Source of the DNA: Polyangiaceae bacterium
GTDB lineage: Bacteria; Myxococcota_A; Polyangia; Polyangiales; Polyangiaceae
Assembly (NCBI GenBank): GCA_033763455.1
Contig: JANRKO010000028.1
Location: 1-64,000, forward strand
Length of the DNA: 64,000 nucleotides
Direction: 5' to 3'
Shown here one piece after another: positions 19,089 to 29,490 of this stretch (positions are counted from its first letter, which is position 1; each line of letters begins with the position of its first letter). The position numbers and the translations under genes were made by a program. The notes under the pieces were generated by a model that saw only the letters and a list, made by a program, of their open reading frames with translations, searched no databases and was not told the DNA's origin.

Positions 19089-19610
19089 TTGGATCTTCGA
19101 TTCATAGCTCCCAGCCTAAGAAGCCTCGACGTTGCCGGCACCGAAGTGTTGGTGGCCCCACTCTCGGCCGGTGAGCGACCACCGGGGGGAGTCACGGGCC
19201 TTTTGGATTGGCGTTTTTCCGGTCGCATCTGCCGCCTTATTCGTGAAGGCTTTGCGACGGGTGAGGTGGGAGAGGTGCTGTTGCTGCCGGGCAAGCCCAA
19301 GCTGCCTTTTGACAAGGTTGTGTTGTTTGGGATTGGCAGCCCGGAGTCTTTCTCAGAGCTTATCTTCAGAGCCACCATCCGGCGCATCCTAGAAACGCTG
19401 GAAGGCTTGCGCGCTCGCTCGGCCGTGGTGGAGCTTCCAGGTAGGCATTTTCAGGGCATTTTGCCCGAGCAAGCGGCAGATATTCTGCTCGAAATGGTGG
19501 GGGCCAATCCCTTACATGATGTATGGACGCTGCTCGAACCGGCCGATGCGCAGCGAGCAATTTCGCAGCACATGATTCAGGAGCGCCGGCGCTTGCGCGA
19601 AGATCGCTGA
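19089..19610 (+). CDS. M17 leucyl aminopeptidase N-terminal domain-only protein
   Basis: ERPPGGVTGLLDWR...FATGEVGEVLL...VVLFGIG; no catalytic domain. Confidence 0.65.
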   Translation: MDLRFIAPSLRSLDVAGTEVLVAPLSAGERPPGGVTGLLDWRFSGRICRLIREGFATGEVGEVLLLPGKPKLPFDKVVLFGIGSPESFSELIFRATIRRILETLEGLRARSAVVELPGRHFQGILPEQAADILLEMVGANPLHDVWTLLEPADAQRAISQHMIQERRRLREDR

Positions 19611-19625
19611 ACCGCGAATCAATTT

Positions 19626-20264
19626 CTACATTTTGGGATCCATGCGGATCCCCGACAGCACGACGTTGTTGTTAGGGATCCTATCGTATTCGAGCACCAT
19701 GCCTGCGTAGTAGTGCAGCTCCTCCAGTGAGCCCTTCCCGGTTACCTTTTCAACGCGCTTAGGTGGGCCGAGCTTTTCTTGTATCGCCCATGCCAACATC
19801 CCAAGGCGCAAATCAGGCAATAGGCCTCCGTTGAACATGCCCCAGCGAAGCTTGGGATTGGCCGGATCCACAGGGCGCAGCCAACTGTGCACGTGAAGCG
19901 CCGTGAGCGCTCCATCTTTCATAGTGTAATCGACGGCGCGCGTGATGTAACGGCAGAGCACGTCTGTCTTCACCTCACACGGTGCCTCCATGAGCCGCTC
20001 TATGGTGGGGAACGTGGCGCCAAACCGAATCGGGCCGAGCCCTTTGCCGGGCATCACCAGAAGCCCTGGGCCGAGCGGTGGTGGGGTGGTAGTGACAGTG
20101 GGTGCAGGCACGGTGGGGGCGGGGTGAGTCGCAGTGGGTTTTGGTGCAGCCGCTGGCGCCGTAGCAGCGGGCTTCGACGGCGCGGTTCGCTCTGATTTGC
20201 ACGCCGGCGTGAACGCTGCGGCGAGAAGCAGGGTGAGGGTGGTGAGGTATGGAATGCGGCTCAT
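19626..20264 (-). CDS. Hypothetical lipoprotein
   Basis: GAGG before ATG 20264; signal peptide ending in PAC; Pro/Thr linker; PGKGLGPIRFG. Confidence 0.6.
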   Translation of the reverse strand: MSRIPYLTTLTLLLAAAFTPACKSERTAPSKPAATAPAAAPKPTATHPAPTVPAPTVTTTPPPLGPGLLVMPGKGLGPIRFGATFPTIERLMEAPCEVKTDVLCRYITRAVDYTMKDGALTALHVHSWLRPVDPANPKLRWGMFNGGLLPDLRLGMLAWAIQEKLGPPKRVEKVTGKGSLEELHYYAGMVLEYDRIPNNNVVLSGIRMDPKM

Positions 20265-20375
20265 GGCGTTTCCTCGGGTAGATGAAAGGCCTTTTTCACG
20301 CTTCTTGCCCTCTCGCGTCAAGGGCTGGGTTTGGCTTCGGGGCGCGCATTCACGTAGCATCGCGCTGTCGTTGTT

Positions 20376-21329
20376 ATGCCTGCCGCTCCGCTCCGTGACC
20401 TCTTCAACCGTCGTTTTCTGTTTGTGACGGGCAAGGGTGGCGTCGGTAAGACGACCGTGACGGCGGCCCTTGCCGAAGCCATGGCCCGAACTGGTAAGAA
20501 GGTACTCATCGCCGCTTCTGCGGAGGGGGATTCTTTGGCACGAGCGCTCGGCATTGGTGCCTTGCCCCTTGAGATTGAAGAGATCCGCCCCGGGCTTTCA
20601 GTGGTGCGCATTACGCTGGAGCGCGCGCTTTTAGAGTACGGCCGTTTGATGTTGCACGGCGGCAAGCTCTTTGACGCAGTGTTCAACAACCAAGCACTGC
20701 AGAGCTTCTTTCGCGGTGTGCCTGGGCTTTCAGAGTGGGCGATATTGGGGAAAGCTTGGTACCACGGCACAGAGCGCGGAGAAGATGGAACGGCGCGGTT
20801 TGATACCGTGATTTTGGATGCTCCCGCCACCGGGCATGGTGTTGGGATGTTGTGGGTGCCGCGCGTGGTGGTAGATATTGCCCCCACGGGCCTGCTTCGC
20901 AGGGACGCGGAGCTTGCGCTCGAGATGTTCCAAGATCCCAAGCTCTCGGGTGTTGTGATTGTTACCCTGCCCGAGGAGCTACCCACGAACGAGACGCTGG
21001 AGCTCGCTCAGGCCATTCAGAGTGATCTCAAAATGCCGCTCAGTATGTTGTTCGTTAATTCACGCACCCCGAGCCTTTTCAGCGCGGAACAGCGGGCATT
21101 CCTCGTGGGTGCGGCGCCGGATCCAGATTCGGCGGTTGGGCGCGTGCTGGCCGTCGCTAAAGAGCGAGCGCGCACCGAAGAGCGCGAGGCCGGCCAGGTC
21201 CGAAGGCTGGCACCGCTCGGTGTCCCCTGGATGGAGTTGCCAGAAATCCGTCAAAGTTCTGACCCTGCCGCAATCACCCACAATCTGGCCGAAATTCTGC
21301 AACATGCGGCCGCCCAGAAAGATGCCTAA
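20376..21329 (+). CDS. ArsA/Get3 family ATPase
   Basis: GKGGVGKTT deviant Walker A; LDAPATGH; VTLPEELPTNET. Confidence 0.88.
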   Translation: MPAAPLRDLFNRRFLFVTGKGGVGKTTVTAALAEAMARTGKKVLIAASAEGDSLARALGIGALPLEIEEIRPGLSVVRITLERALLEYGRLMLHGGKLFDAVFNNQALQSFFRGVPGLSEWAILGKAWYHGTERGEDGTARFDTVILDAPATGHGVGMLWVPRVVVDIAPTGLLRRDAELALEMFQDPKLSGVVIVTLPEELPTNETLELAQAIQSDLKMPLSMLFVNSRTPSLFSAEQRAFLVGAAPDPDSAVGRVLAVAKERARTEEREAGQVRRLAPLGVPWMELPEIRQSSDPAAITHNLAEILQHAAAQKDA

Positions 21330-21433
21330 GGCGCTAAGGGCAGGGAAGGGTTTGGCCGGGCTGAGCGTTCCTAAGCCTTGTGCCTCGTGAGCTGCCCACG
21401 CCTGAACCAAAGCGCTATGGTGGTATGGAAAGG

Positions 21434-23143
21434 ATGGCGGAAGCAGAGTCGTACGTAGGGCGGATTCTAGCGGGCCGCTACCGCCTCACCGAGAAGGTGA
21501 ATGAGGGCGGCATGGGGGCTATCTGGCGCGCTGAGCACCTGGTGCTGCGTGCGCCGGTGGCAGTAAAGCTTATCGATCGCGAGATGCTAGAGCACGCCAA
21601 TGCGGTGGAGCGCTTCATGCGGGAAGCGCAGGCGGCGGCCTCGTTGCGCAGCCCCCACGTGGTGCAAATCTTAGATTATGGCGTCGATGTTGATATTCCG
21701 TTCATTGTGATGGAGCTGCTTGAGGGGGAAACGCTTGCTGAGCGCTTGCGCCGTAAGACGCGCTTGGCCCCCGAGGAAGCCGCACACCTGCTCACGCACG
21801 TGGGGCGCGCTATGGCTCGCGCCCACGACGCGGGAATTGTGCACCGCGATCTTAAGCCGGATAACATTTTCATCGTTCAAAATTCGGATGAGGAGCTGGC
21901 AAAGGTATTGGATTTTGGCGTCGCGAAGGTGAATGCCGCCGATATTTCCGGGCAAGGCGCGAAGACGCGAACAGGTTCTCTTCTTGGCACGCCTTATTAC
22001 ATGAGCCCTGAGCAGGTGCAGGGCAACAAAGATGTCGACTACCGTTCCGATCTTTGGTCGCTTGGGGTGATTGCGTTTGAGTGCATGACGGGTGAGCGCC
22101 CTTTTGCCTCCAATGGCCTTGGGGATTTGGTGCTGCAAATCTGCGTGCGGGATATGCCGGCACCTTCAGCTTTTGCGCGAGTTCCGCCCCTTTTCGATGC
22201 GTGGTTTCAAAGGGCGTGCGAGCGCGATCCGGATCTGCGTTTTCAAACCACGCGCGAGATGATCGACGATTTGCGGCGGGTCTTGGGTGTGGAGGTGAAA
22301 GGTGCGTCGGATAGCCAGCCCGAGCTTCTGGTAGCGCGGGAAACACGCGCCACCTTTAATCTGATGCCCGAGGCTTCGAGCGATGCTGCGACGGTGTTTG
22401 CGGATCCCCCCGCTTCAAGCGATAGCTTTGCCGGGCCGAGGGATGCAGAGCGCACGGTGGTGGATGCGGAGCGTTCCGATAATCCTGAGCTTTCGCGCTC
22501 CCTCGGGTCGCAGCTTCTGCGCTCGGGGATCACTGAACCCGTACGTTCCGCCAAATTTCCGAACATCCCTAAGCTGGATGCACCGGAGCGGCCGCGGCCA
22601 CACCTGCTGGCATGGGTGGTAGTGCTCACGTTGGGTGTGGGAGCTGGGCTCGGCGCGCTGGTATTCCTGCGCTATCCGGAGGTCTTGGCGCGTTGGTATC
22701 CGGTGCCAGCAAAGGCTGAAGCCCCGGTGCAGAAGGCGCCTAGTGCTCGTACCAAGGGTGCTCCGAACACCCTTCTTCCGGAAGCATCAGCTCTCGCCCC
22801 AGCGCATTCACAAGCTAACTCAAATGCCAACCCGAACTTACCCAAGGATCCGCCTCCTTCTGGGGCTCTTTCCCCAGGTGAAGCGGTGGCGCCTACTGCG
22901 GCAGGCACTGTGCCTGCGGCCCCGAACACATTGTCAAGCACGGAGCCTGCAGATACGGCCGTGGTTCACGACGCGCCACCCGCCCCAGGCGTGGTAAATC
23001 CGGAACAAGCTCCACCGCCACCGACGGCTGAGATCCCGCCGGAAGTTGTGCCTCACACGGAGGCGCCGCCCGCTGTTGTTCCAGCCCCCAAAGAGCCACG
23101 CTTGGAACCTGCGGAGCCCGAGGGGTTAGCACCTTCGCCTTGA
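21434..23143 (+). CDS. Membrane-anchored Hanks-type Ser/Thr protein kinase
   Basis: GGMG, VAVK, HRDLKPDN, DFG, GTPYYMSPEQ; one TM helix and a Pro-rich C-terminus; exact start uncertain (21380-21434). Confidence 0.93.
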   Translation: MAEAESYVGRILAGRYRLTEKVNEGGMGAIWRAEHLVLRAPVAVKLIDREMLEHANAVERFMREAQAAASLRSPHVVQILDYGVDVDIPFIVMELLEGETLAERLRRKTRLAPEEAAHLLTHVGRAMARAHDAGIVHRDLKPDNIFIVQNSDEELAKVLDFGVAKVNAADISGQGAKTRTGSLLGTPYYMSPEQVQGNKDVDYRSDLWSLGVIAFECMTGERPFASNGLGDLVLQICVRDMPAPSAFARVPPLFDAWFQRACERDPDLRFQTTREMIDDLRRVLGVEVKGASDSQPELLVARETRATFNLMPEASSDAATVFADPPASSDSFAGPRDAERTVVDAERSDNPELSRSLGSQLLRSGITEPVRSAKFPNIPKLDAPERPRPHLLAWVVVLTLGVGAGLGALVFLRYPEVLARWYPVPAKAEAPVQKAPSARTKGAPNTLLPEASALAPAHSQANSNANPNLPKDPPPSGALSPGEAVAPTAAGTVPAAPNTLSSTEPADTAVVHDAPPAPGVVNPEQAPPPPTAEIPPEVVPHTEAPPAVVPAPKEPRLEPAEPEGLAPSP

Positions 23144-23222
23144 TGGGCCTTCCATCCGTTCCCATGCGCGGAATCATTATCCAGTGAGTTTGGGCGAGGC
23201 AGGAGGACACCCCTCGCTGCGA

Positions 23223-24824
23223 TCACGCTGGGATAAAATCAGCCCAATCTATCGCGCTTCTGGTGGAAGACTCGGGCAGATCGATCTGAGCTTTTTGAAG
23301 CCTGCCCGACAGATCCACGTTTACCGCCTGCCAGCGCGTGTAGCTATCCAACACCCAAATCCCGCTTTCGCGCGTGCCATTGCCGCTCCAGCCATTGCCA
23401 CCAAACGGCAGGTGGGCTTCGGCTCCGGTGGTGCCGTTGTTGATGCTGGTCATGCCAGCCGAAATTCCCTCTTTGAAGCGCAGCATGGCCTGAGCATCGC
23501 GCGTGTAGATGGCGCTCGAAAGCCCGTAGGGCGTGGCATTGGCGGCAGCGAGAGCTTCTTCGGCGCTGGTGACTTCAACTAGGTTCACGGTTGGCCCAAA
23601 ACACTCCTCTTGGGCGATGCGCATGTTCATCTTCACCTTCGAGAAGATGCGAGGAGTTGCATACAAGCCGCGTTCGGCATTGCCACTGAAGCCCTCTGGA
23701 ATATTGCCTGGCTTGATGCGAGCGCCATCTAGCAAGAGCTCCGCGCCATCCCCGACTCCAATGCCTCGCTGTTCGCTCCACTTTTCGAAAAAACGCTCGT
23801 TGATGAACGGCCCGTAATCAATGCTTTCATCCAATGGGTCCCCAATCTTCATGCGCGCGACGCGGTCCAAGAGGCGCCTCGTAAATGCCGCCATCACGCG
23901 TTGATCCACGATGATGTTGCCGGCACTTGTGCAGCGTTGCCCGGCGGTACCAAATGCGGACCAAAATGCGCCCTCCACGGCGAGCTCCAAGTCTGCATCG
24001 GCGAGCACCACGAGCGGATTCTTCCCCCCTAACTCAAGCGACGGAACTTGCAGGTTTCTTCCGCAAATTTCCCCCACTTTGCGCCCAACAGCCGTAGAGC
24101 CCGTGAAGGCAATCTTATCCACGAGGCCCGCGTCTACCGCTTCGATCAGAAATTCTCCGGCGGCGCCAGCACCGCCACCGTGCACAATGTTGAGCACGCC
24201 AGGGGGCAGCCCCGCCTCTTGCCACAACTCAAAGAACAGTGCTGCCGTGCCCGGAGCATCATCCGAAGGCTTCCAAACCACTGTGTTGCCACAGAGTAAC
24301 GCCGGGACGATCTTCCAAGCGGGTACAGCTATCGGAAAGTTACCTGCGGTGATAACTCCCACCACCCCGATCGGTCGTCGGTAGGTGAAAAGCTCTTTGC
24401 TTGGTAACTCGCTCGGAACGGTTTGACCGTAGAGGCGACGCCCTTCACTTTGAAAAAAATCGGCAGTATCAATGGCTTCTTGAACACTTCCTCGTGCTTC
24501 GCGCAGGGGCTTTCCTATTTCGCGGCTTACGAAGCGCGACAGCGATTCCTTCTGTTCTCGTAAAAGAGACGAAAGGCGTGTTAGAACTTGCGCGCGTTGT
24601 GGTGCGGGAACTTGGCGCCACAGTATTCCCGCTGCGCGGGCTCGTTCACAAGCTTCGTGCACTTCTTCGCGCGTGGAAGTGGGAGCTACGCTCACGACGT
24701 CTTCCAGGTTGGCGGGGTTCCGGCGCTCGAAGCTGGCCGCCCCCGGGGGCACTTCACGAGCACCCAACCAATTGGAGACCAAGAGAGTGCTGGGAGCTGA
24801 GGAGCCCTGCTTCTGCGCCTTCAT
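23223..24824 (-). CDS. Aldehyde dehydrogenase family protein
   Basis: GNFP, FTGS, LELGGKNP, GQRCT, EECFGP. Confidence 0.95.
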   Translation of the reverse strand: MKAQKQGSSAPSTLLVSNWLGAREVPPGAASFERRNPANLEDVVSVAPTSTREEVHEACERARAAGILWRQVPAPQRAQVLTRLSSLLREQKESLSRFVSREIGKPLREARGSVQEAIDTADFFQSEGRRLYGQTVPSELPSKELFTYRRPIGVVGVITAGNFPIAVPAWKIVPALLCGNTVVWKPSDDAPGTAALFFELWQEAGLPPGVLNIVHGGGAGAAGEFLIEAVDAGLVDKIAFTGSTAVGRKVGEICGRNLQVPSLELGGKNPLVVLADADLELAVEGAFWSAFGTAGQRCTSAGNIIVDQRVMAAFTRRLLDRVARMKIGDPLDESIDYGPFINERFFEKWSEQRGIGVGDGAELLLDGARIKPGNIPEGFSGNAERGLYATPRIFSKVKMNMRIAQEECFGPTVNLVEVTSAEEALAAANATPYGLSSAIYTRDAQAMLRFKEGISAGMTSINNGTTGAEAHLPFGGNGWSGNGTRESGIWVLDSYTRWQAVNVDLSGRLQKAQIDLPESSTRSAIDWADFIPA

Positions 24825-24980
24825 AAGTCCGAGGGTGCGGCGCGAGTCAAGCTTGCGCAAGCCGCAAAGTTACCGTCGGCGCCCGCGCCGTGTGCTGGTC
24901 TTTGGGCCGAATCTGGCTCGATCGCGCAGCTTGCAAAGGTTACGCGTCGCTCTACGCCGACCCTCTGATACAAAGGAGAG

Positions 24981-27209
24981 ATGACAAGCCTTGAGGTTCT
25001 TGGAAGCCCCATCCCCGAGTTTGCTTCCATTGCGCCAGCGGAGTTGGAGGCGCTTATTAGCTACTCCTCCCACGACCCCCACCGGATCTTAGGCGCACAT
25101 GAGATGGAGTTTCTAGGCGCGCGCGGCGTTGTAGTGCGAGCCAACCATCCCGACGCGACACTGGCCTCTGTGATTTTGGCAGACGGACGCGTGTGCCCGA
25201 TGAATCCAGCGGGGCACGGGCTATTTGGGGTCTTTTTGGCGGATGAGCAGCTTCCGCTTCACTACAAGTTGAAGTTTGAATTTTCGAATGGAGCAACCTT
25301 CGAGACTAGCGATCCTTATAGGTTTCCTCCATCGCTCGGACAGATGGACCTGCATTTGTTCAATGAGGGAACCCACCGGCGTCTGTGGGAGGTCTTAGGG
25401 TCCCACACGCGTGTGCTCGACGGTGTGGAGGGCACGAGCTTTGCCGTATGGGCTCCAAACGCTCGGCGCGTGAGCTTGGTGGGCACCTTCAATAACTGGG
25501 ATGGGCGGCTCACCCCCATGCGCAGCTTGGGTTCCTCGGGAGTTTGGGAAGTCTTTGTCCCTGGCTTGGCCTCCGGGGAACTTTACAAATTCGAGCTGAA
25601 AACGCGGGAGGGCGTACTGCGGCTGAAGACGGATCCGTACGCCCGAGCTGTTGAGTTGCCACCTAAGACGGCCTCGGTGATTACCTCTTCTGCATACCGC
25701 TGGGAGGATGGCGCCTGGATGGCGTCGCGCGCTCGTCGTGATCCTAGGCGGGAACCCATGAGCATCTACGAGGTGCACTTGGGCTCCTGGCAACGCGTTC
25801 CAGAAGATGGCAACCGCTCTCTCAGCTATCGCGAATTGGCGCCGCGCTTGGTGGATCACGTGCGGGATCTCGGCTTCACGCACGTGGAGCTAATGCCAGT
25901 GGCCGAGCACGCGTATTATCCTTCTTGGGGTTACCAGGTTACCGGCTATTACGCCCCCACGAGCCGTTACGGCACGCCCGATGATTTTCGCTTCTTCGTG
26001 GATTACTGCCACCAGCACGGGGTGGGAGTCATTTTGGATTGGGTGCCGGCCCATTTCCCTAAGGATGATTTTGCGCTGCGCCAATTCGACGGTACGGCAT
26101 TGTATGAACACGAAGATCCTCGGCGCGGCGAACATCCCGATTGGGGAACGCTGATCTTCAATTATGGGCGCAATGAAGTGAAGAACTTCTTGATGGCCAA
26201 CGCGCTTTACTGGTTGCAAGAATTCCACGTAGATGGCCTGCGTGTGGATGCGGTGGCCTCCATGCTCTACCTTGATTACAGCCGCGAAGACGGCAATTGG
26301 GTGCCGAATAACTACGGCGGCCGAGAGAATATTGAGGCCATAGAGTTCTTGCGCAGCGTCAATTCAGTGATCGAGAGCGAGGTGCCCGGAGCCTTCGCAG
26401 TGGCCGAAGAATCTACCGCGTGGGGTGGCGTAACGCGCTCGGCCTCCGAAGGTGGCCTTGGATTCACACTGAAATGGAACATGGGGTGGATGCACGACAC
26501 GTTGCTCTTTTTCTCGAAAGAGCCGGTTCATCGCAAGTTTCACATCGACCAGCTCACCTTCGCAATGCTCTATGAATACACCGAGAGCTTCATCAACGCG
26601 CTTTCGCACGATGAGGTGGTGCACGGCAAAGGCTCGCTTGTTGAGAAGATGCCGGGGGATTTCTGGCAAAAGCTCGCCAACCTGCGCTTGCTCTTAACGT
26701 ATCAGTGGACGCGGCCGGGCAAGCAGCTCATATTTATGGGCACAGAGCTCGCCCAACACCAAGAATGGCACCACGACGGCACGCTCAGCTGGGAGCTGAA
26801 AGATCATCCACAGCGTGTGGCGCTGCGAGAATTCATTCGTGAGCTTGGCCGCATGTATCAAGCGCACCCAGCGCTTTGGCGAAGCGATCCGGATCCAGCC
26901 GGCTTCGAATGGATTGATTGTAACGATCGCGAAAATACGGTTGTTAGCTACGTGCGTCGCGACGGCGACTCGCATCTAATTATCATCATCAACTTCACGC
27001 CGGTGCCGCGCGAGGATTATCGCGTAGGTGTGCCCGCGTTTGCGCGCTACACCGAAGTTTTGTCCTCGGATGATTTGCGTTTTGGCGGCAGCGAATTTGA
27101 GACCACGCCGGGAGTGGATGCTGAACGCGTGCCAATCCACGGACGTGAGCAATCAGTGAAGCTGAGGCTGCCACCGCTCGGCGCGTTAATTCTAAAGCCG
27201 GTGGGTTAA
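24981..27209 (+). CDS. glgB: 1,4-alpha-glucan branching enzyme
   Basis: FAVWAPNA, YEVHLGSW, WGYQ, DGLRVDAVASMLY, AEEST, LSHDEVVHGK. Confidence 0.98.
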   Translation: MTSLEVLGSPIPEFASIAPAELEALISYSSHDPHRILGAHEMEFLGARGVVVRANHPDATLASVILADGRVCPMNPAGHGLFGVFLADEQLPLHYKLKFEFSNGATFETSDPYRFPPSLGQMDLHLFNEGTHRRLWEVLGSHTRVLDGVEGTSFAVWAPNARRVSLVGTFNNWDGRLTPMRSLGSSGVWEVFVPGLASGELYKFELKTREGVLRLKTDPYARAVELPPKTASVITSSAYRWEDGAWMASRARRDPRREPMSIYEVHLGSWQRVPEDGNRSLSYRELAPRLVDHVRDLGFTHVELMPVAEHAYYPSWGYQVTGYYAPTSRYGTPDDFRFFVDYCHQHGVGVILDWVPAHFPKDDFALRQFDGTALYEHEDPRRGEHPDWGTLIFNYGRNEVKNFLMANALYWLQEFHVDGLRVDAVASMLYLDYSREDGNWVPNNYGGRENIEAIEFLRSVNSVIESEVPGAFAVAEESTAWGGVTRSASEGGLGFTLKWNMGWMHDTLLFFSKEPVHRKFHIDQLTFAMLYEYTESFINALSHDEVVHGKGSLVEKMPGDFWQKLANLRLLLTYQWTRPGKQLIFMGTELAQHQEWHHDGTLSWELKDHPQRVALREFIRELGRMYQAHPALWRSDPDPAGFEWIDCNDRENTVVSYVRRDGDSHLIIIINFTPVPREDYRVGVPAFARYTEVLSSDDLRFGGSEFETTPGVDAERVPIHGREQSVKLRLPPLGALILKPVG

Positions 27210-27529
27210 GCGCCTCCGGACGTAGTTGGATTCGTTCGAGCGCGGGACCCTTTGTTGGTTAGGCCGCGGGCGACCTGGACCTCACGTTGTTGGCCACGTC
27301 GCTCCGGTGTTCGGTGCGTGAGCGCCTCTACGCTGCGTGGGCACCCGCTCGGACGCGGACGGACCTTTGCCCGTGCCGCATCCGGCGAGCGCTAATGATT
27401 CGGGAATCCCCCGGGCTCGATGCTGGGGCTGCTCCATAATTGGCGGAGGGAGCACTTTGAATTAGAGCCCTCCCTGGTCAGGCGTTGTCGTCCGTGCAGG
27501 TGGGGGCTATAGGGGCAAGCGCGAGGCTC

Positions 27530-28771
27530 ATGGCTGACGATCTTTCTTCGGAATTGCAGTCCCTGCGGATCACCCGTGATGAGGCTCCCCGAGAGCCTCG
27601 CCGTATGGGGCCGCTCATTTGGACGTTAAGCCTGCTCGGCCTGGCCTTCGTTGGTTACCAATTTGGCTGGCCATACCTGGAGGCGAAGATCTTCAAGGTG
27701 AAGGTGCGCGTCACCGAAATTGCAGTGGTATCGCCTGCTCAGGCGAGTGTGCAGCTTACGAGCACTGGCTACGTGGTGCCGGAGCGTAGCTCCAAGGTTG
27801 CGGTGCAAGTTCAGGGGCGCGTAAAGCAACTCTTCGTACAGCGCGGTCAAGAGGTAACGGCAGGCCAGCTCTTGTTTGAATTGGATATCACCGATCAGAA
27901 GGCTGCCATTATGGCGGCTGAGAGCCGAGCGTTGGCGAGCCGCGCCAACGTGGAAACGGCCAAGGCGAACCTCATGGAAACGCGCCTTTCAAGCGCACGC
28001 GCCCGGAGCATGGCGGAGCAAGGCGTATCACCCAAATCTTAAGCTGAAGATCTTGAGGCACGCGTTGGAGCGCTGGAAGCGGCGGTGAAGGCTTCAGAAG
28101 CCCAGGCCCGCGCGGCGCAGGCCGAGGCGCAGGTGCTAAAGGTTACGCTCGGCAATTACGCTGTGAAGGCGCCTATCGCGGGCACCATTCTGAATAAGCC
28201 GCCCGAGGTGGGCGAATACGTGGGGCCGCAGCCCGCCGGTATCACGGTGGATATGGGCAACGTTGAGATTGCTGATCTCAAGAGCTTGGTTGTGGAAACG
28301 GATGTGGCCGAGCAACGGCTCGGCTTGGTGAAGCTGGGTGGCCCCTGCGAAATTGTGTTGGATGCTTACCCGGGGCGGCGCTTTCGAGGCAAAGCGCTGG
28401 AGATTATCCCGCGCGTGAATCGCTCAAAAGCTACGGTGGCGGTCAAGGTTGGGTTTGTTGGGCCAACGGACGGCGTGATGCCGGACATGGCCGCCCGAGT
28501 GAGCTTCCTTACAGAGGAGCAAACAGAGGCGGCGATGAAGCAAGCCCCGAAAACCATTGTGCCGGCTTCTGCCGTGGTTGAGCGCGGGGGTGCGCGTGTG
28601 GTGTTTGTGCTGGCAGATGGCGTGGCTCGGCAGGCGCCGGTGAAGCTAGGGCCCGCATTTGGCAGTGGTTTTGAATTGGTATCTGGCCCTTCAGCAGGCG
28701 CACGCGTCGTGAAGGACCCTGCGCCAACCCTGGTGGATGGGCAGCATGTGGAGGAAGAGGCAGAGCTATGA
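27530..28771 (+). pseudogene. Efflux periplasmic adaptor (MFP/HlyD family) interrupted by in-frame TAA at 28040..28042
   Basis: ORFs 27485..28042 and 28085..28771 are in the same frame; together they give TM anchor, lipoyl half, coiled-coil hairpin, second lipoyl half (VKAPIAGTI) and beta-barrel. Confidence 0.8.
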
Positions 28772-29490
28772 CACAGACGGCGACGGAATCGAATCAAGCG
28801 GTGAAGGCAGAAGGCCAGAAGCCCGCCGTGATTGAGGTGAAAGGTATCAGCAAGACCTACTTCCGCGGCAAGGAAAAGCTGGATGTCTTGCGCGACCTCA
28901 GCTTAACGGTAGGTGAGGCGGAGTTTGTGGCGCTCATGGGCCCTTCAGGTTCCGGGAAGACGACACTACTCAATATCATTGCCGGGCTAGATAGGCCTTC
29001 ATCGGGGTCGGTGCGCGTAGCGGGTGCTGACCTCGTGGGCATGAGTGATGCCGCTTTAGCCGGCTTTCGCGCTCAAAATGTGGGCTTTATCTTCCAGACT
29101 TACAATCTTTTGCCCGTGCTTACAGCTCGGGAAAACGTGGAGCTGCCGCTCTTGCTTACCAAGCTCGCCCCAGCCGAGCGCCGGCGGCGTGCAGAAACAG
29201 CTCTGAAAGTGGTCGGCCTCGCCGAGCGCATGGACCACTACCCCCGGCAGCTTTCGGGCGGGCAAGAACAACGCGTTACTATCGCCCGTGCAATCGTGAC
29301 GGACCCGCGCGTGATTGTGGCCGATGAGCCCACGGGTGATCTGGATCGAGAGAGCGCTGACGACATTCTCAAGTTGTTGCGCAAGCTTGTATCCGAATTC
29401 AACAAGACCATCATCATGGTAACCCACGATCCGGCGGCAGCCGAAAGCGCCGGCACAGTGCACCACCTCGACAAGGGTAAGTTCAAGTGA
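28768..29490 (+). CDS. ABC transporter ATP-binding protein (LolD/MacB type)
   Basis: GPSGSGKT, GFIFQ, LSGGQEQRV, DEPTG, VTHD. Confidence 0.95.
   Translation: MTQTATESNQAVKAEGQKPAVIEVKGISKTYFRGKEKLDVLRDLSLTVGEAEFVALMGPSGSGKTTLLNIIAGLDRPSSGSVRVAGADLVGMSDAALAGFRAQNVGFIFQTYNLLPVLTARENVELPLLLTKLAPAERRRRAETALKVVGLAERMDHYPRQLSGGQEQRVTIARAIVTDPRVIVADEPTGDLDRESADDILKLLRKLVSEFNKTIIMVTHDPAAAESAGTVHHLDKGKFK

Noticed and set aside
27210..27529. ncRNA or small minus-strand ORF between glgB and the exporter operon
   Set aside because: No recognisable RNA family motif; the roughly 51-codon ORF has no supporting features
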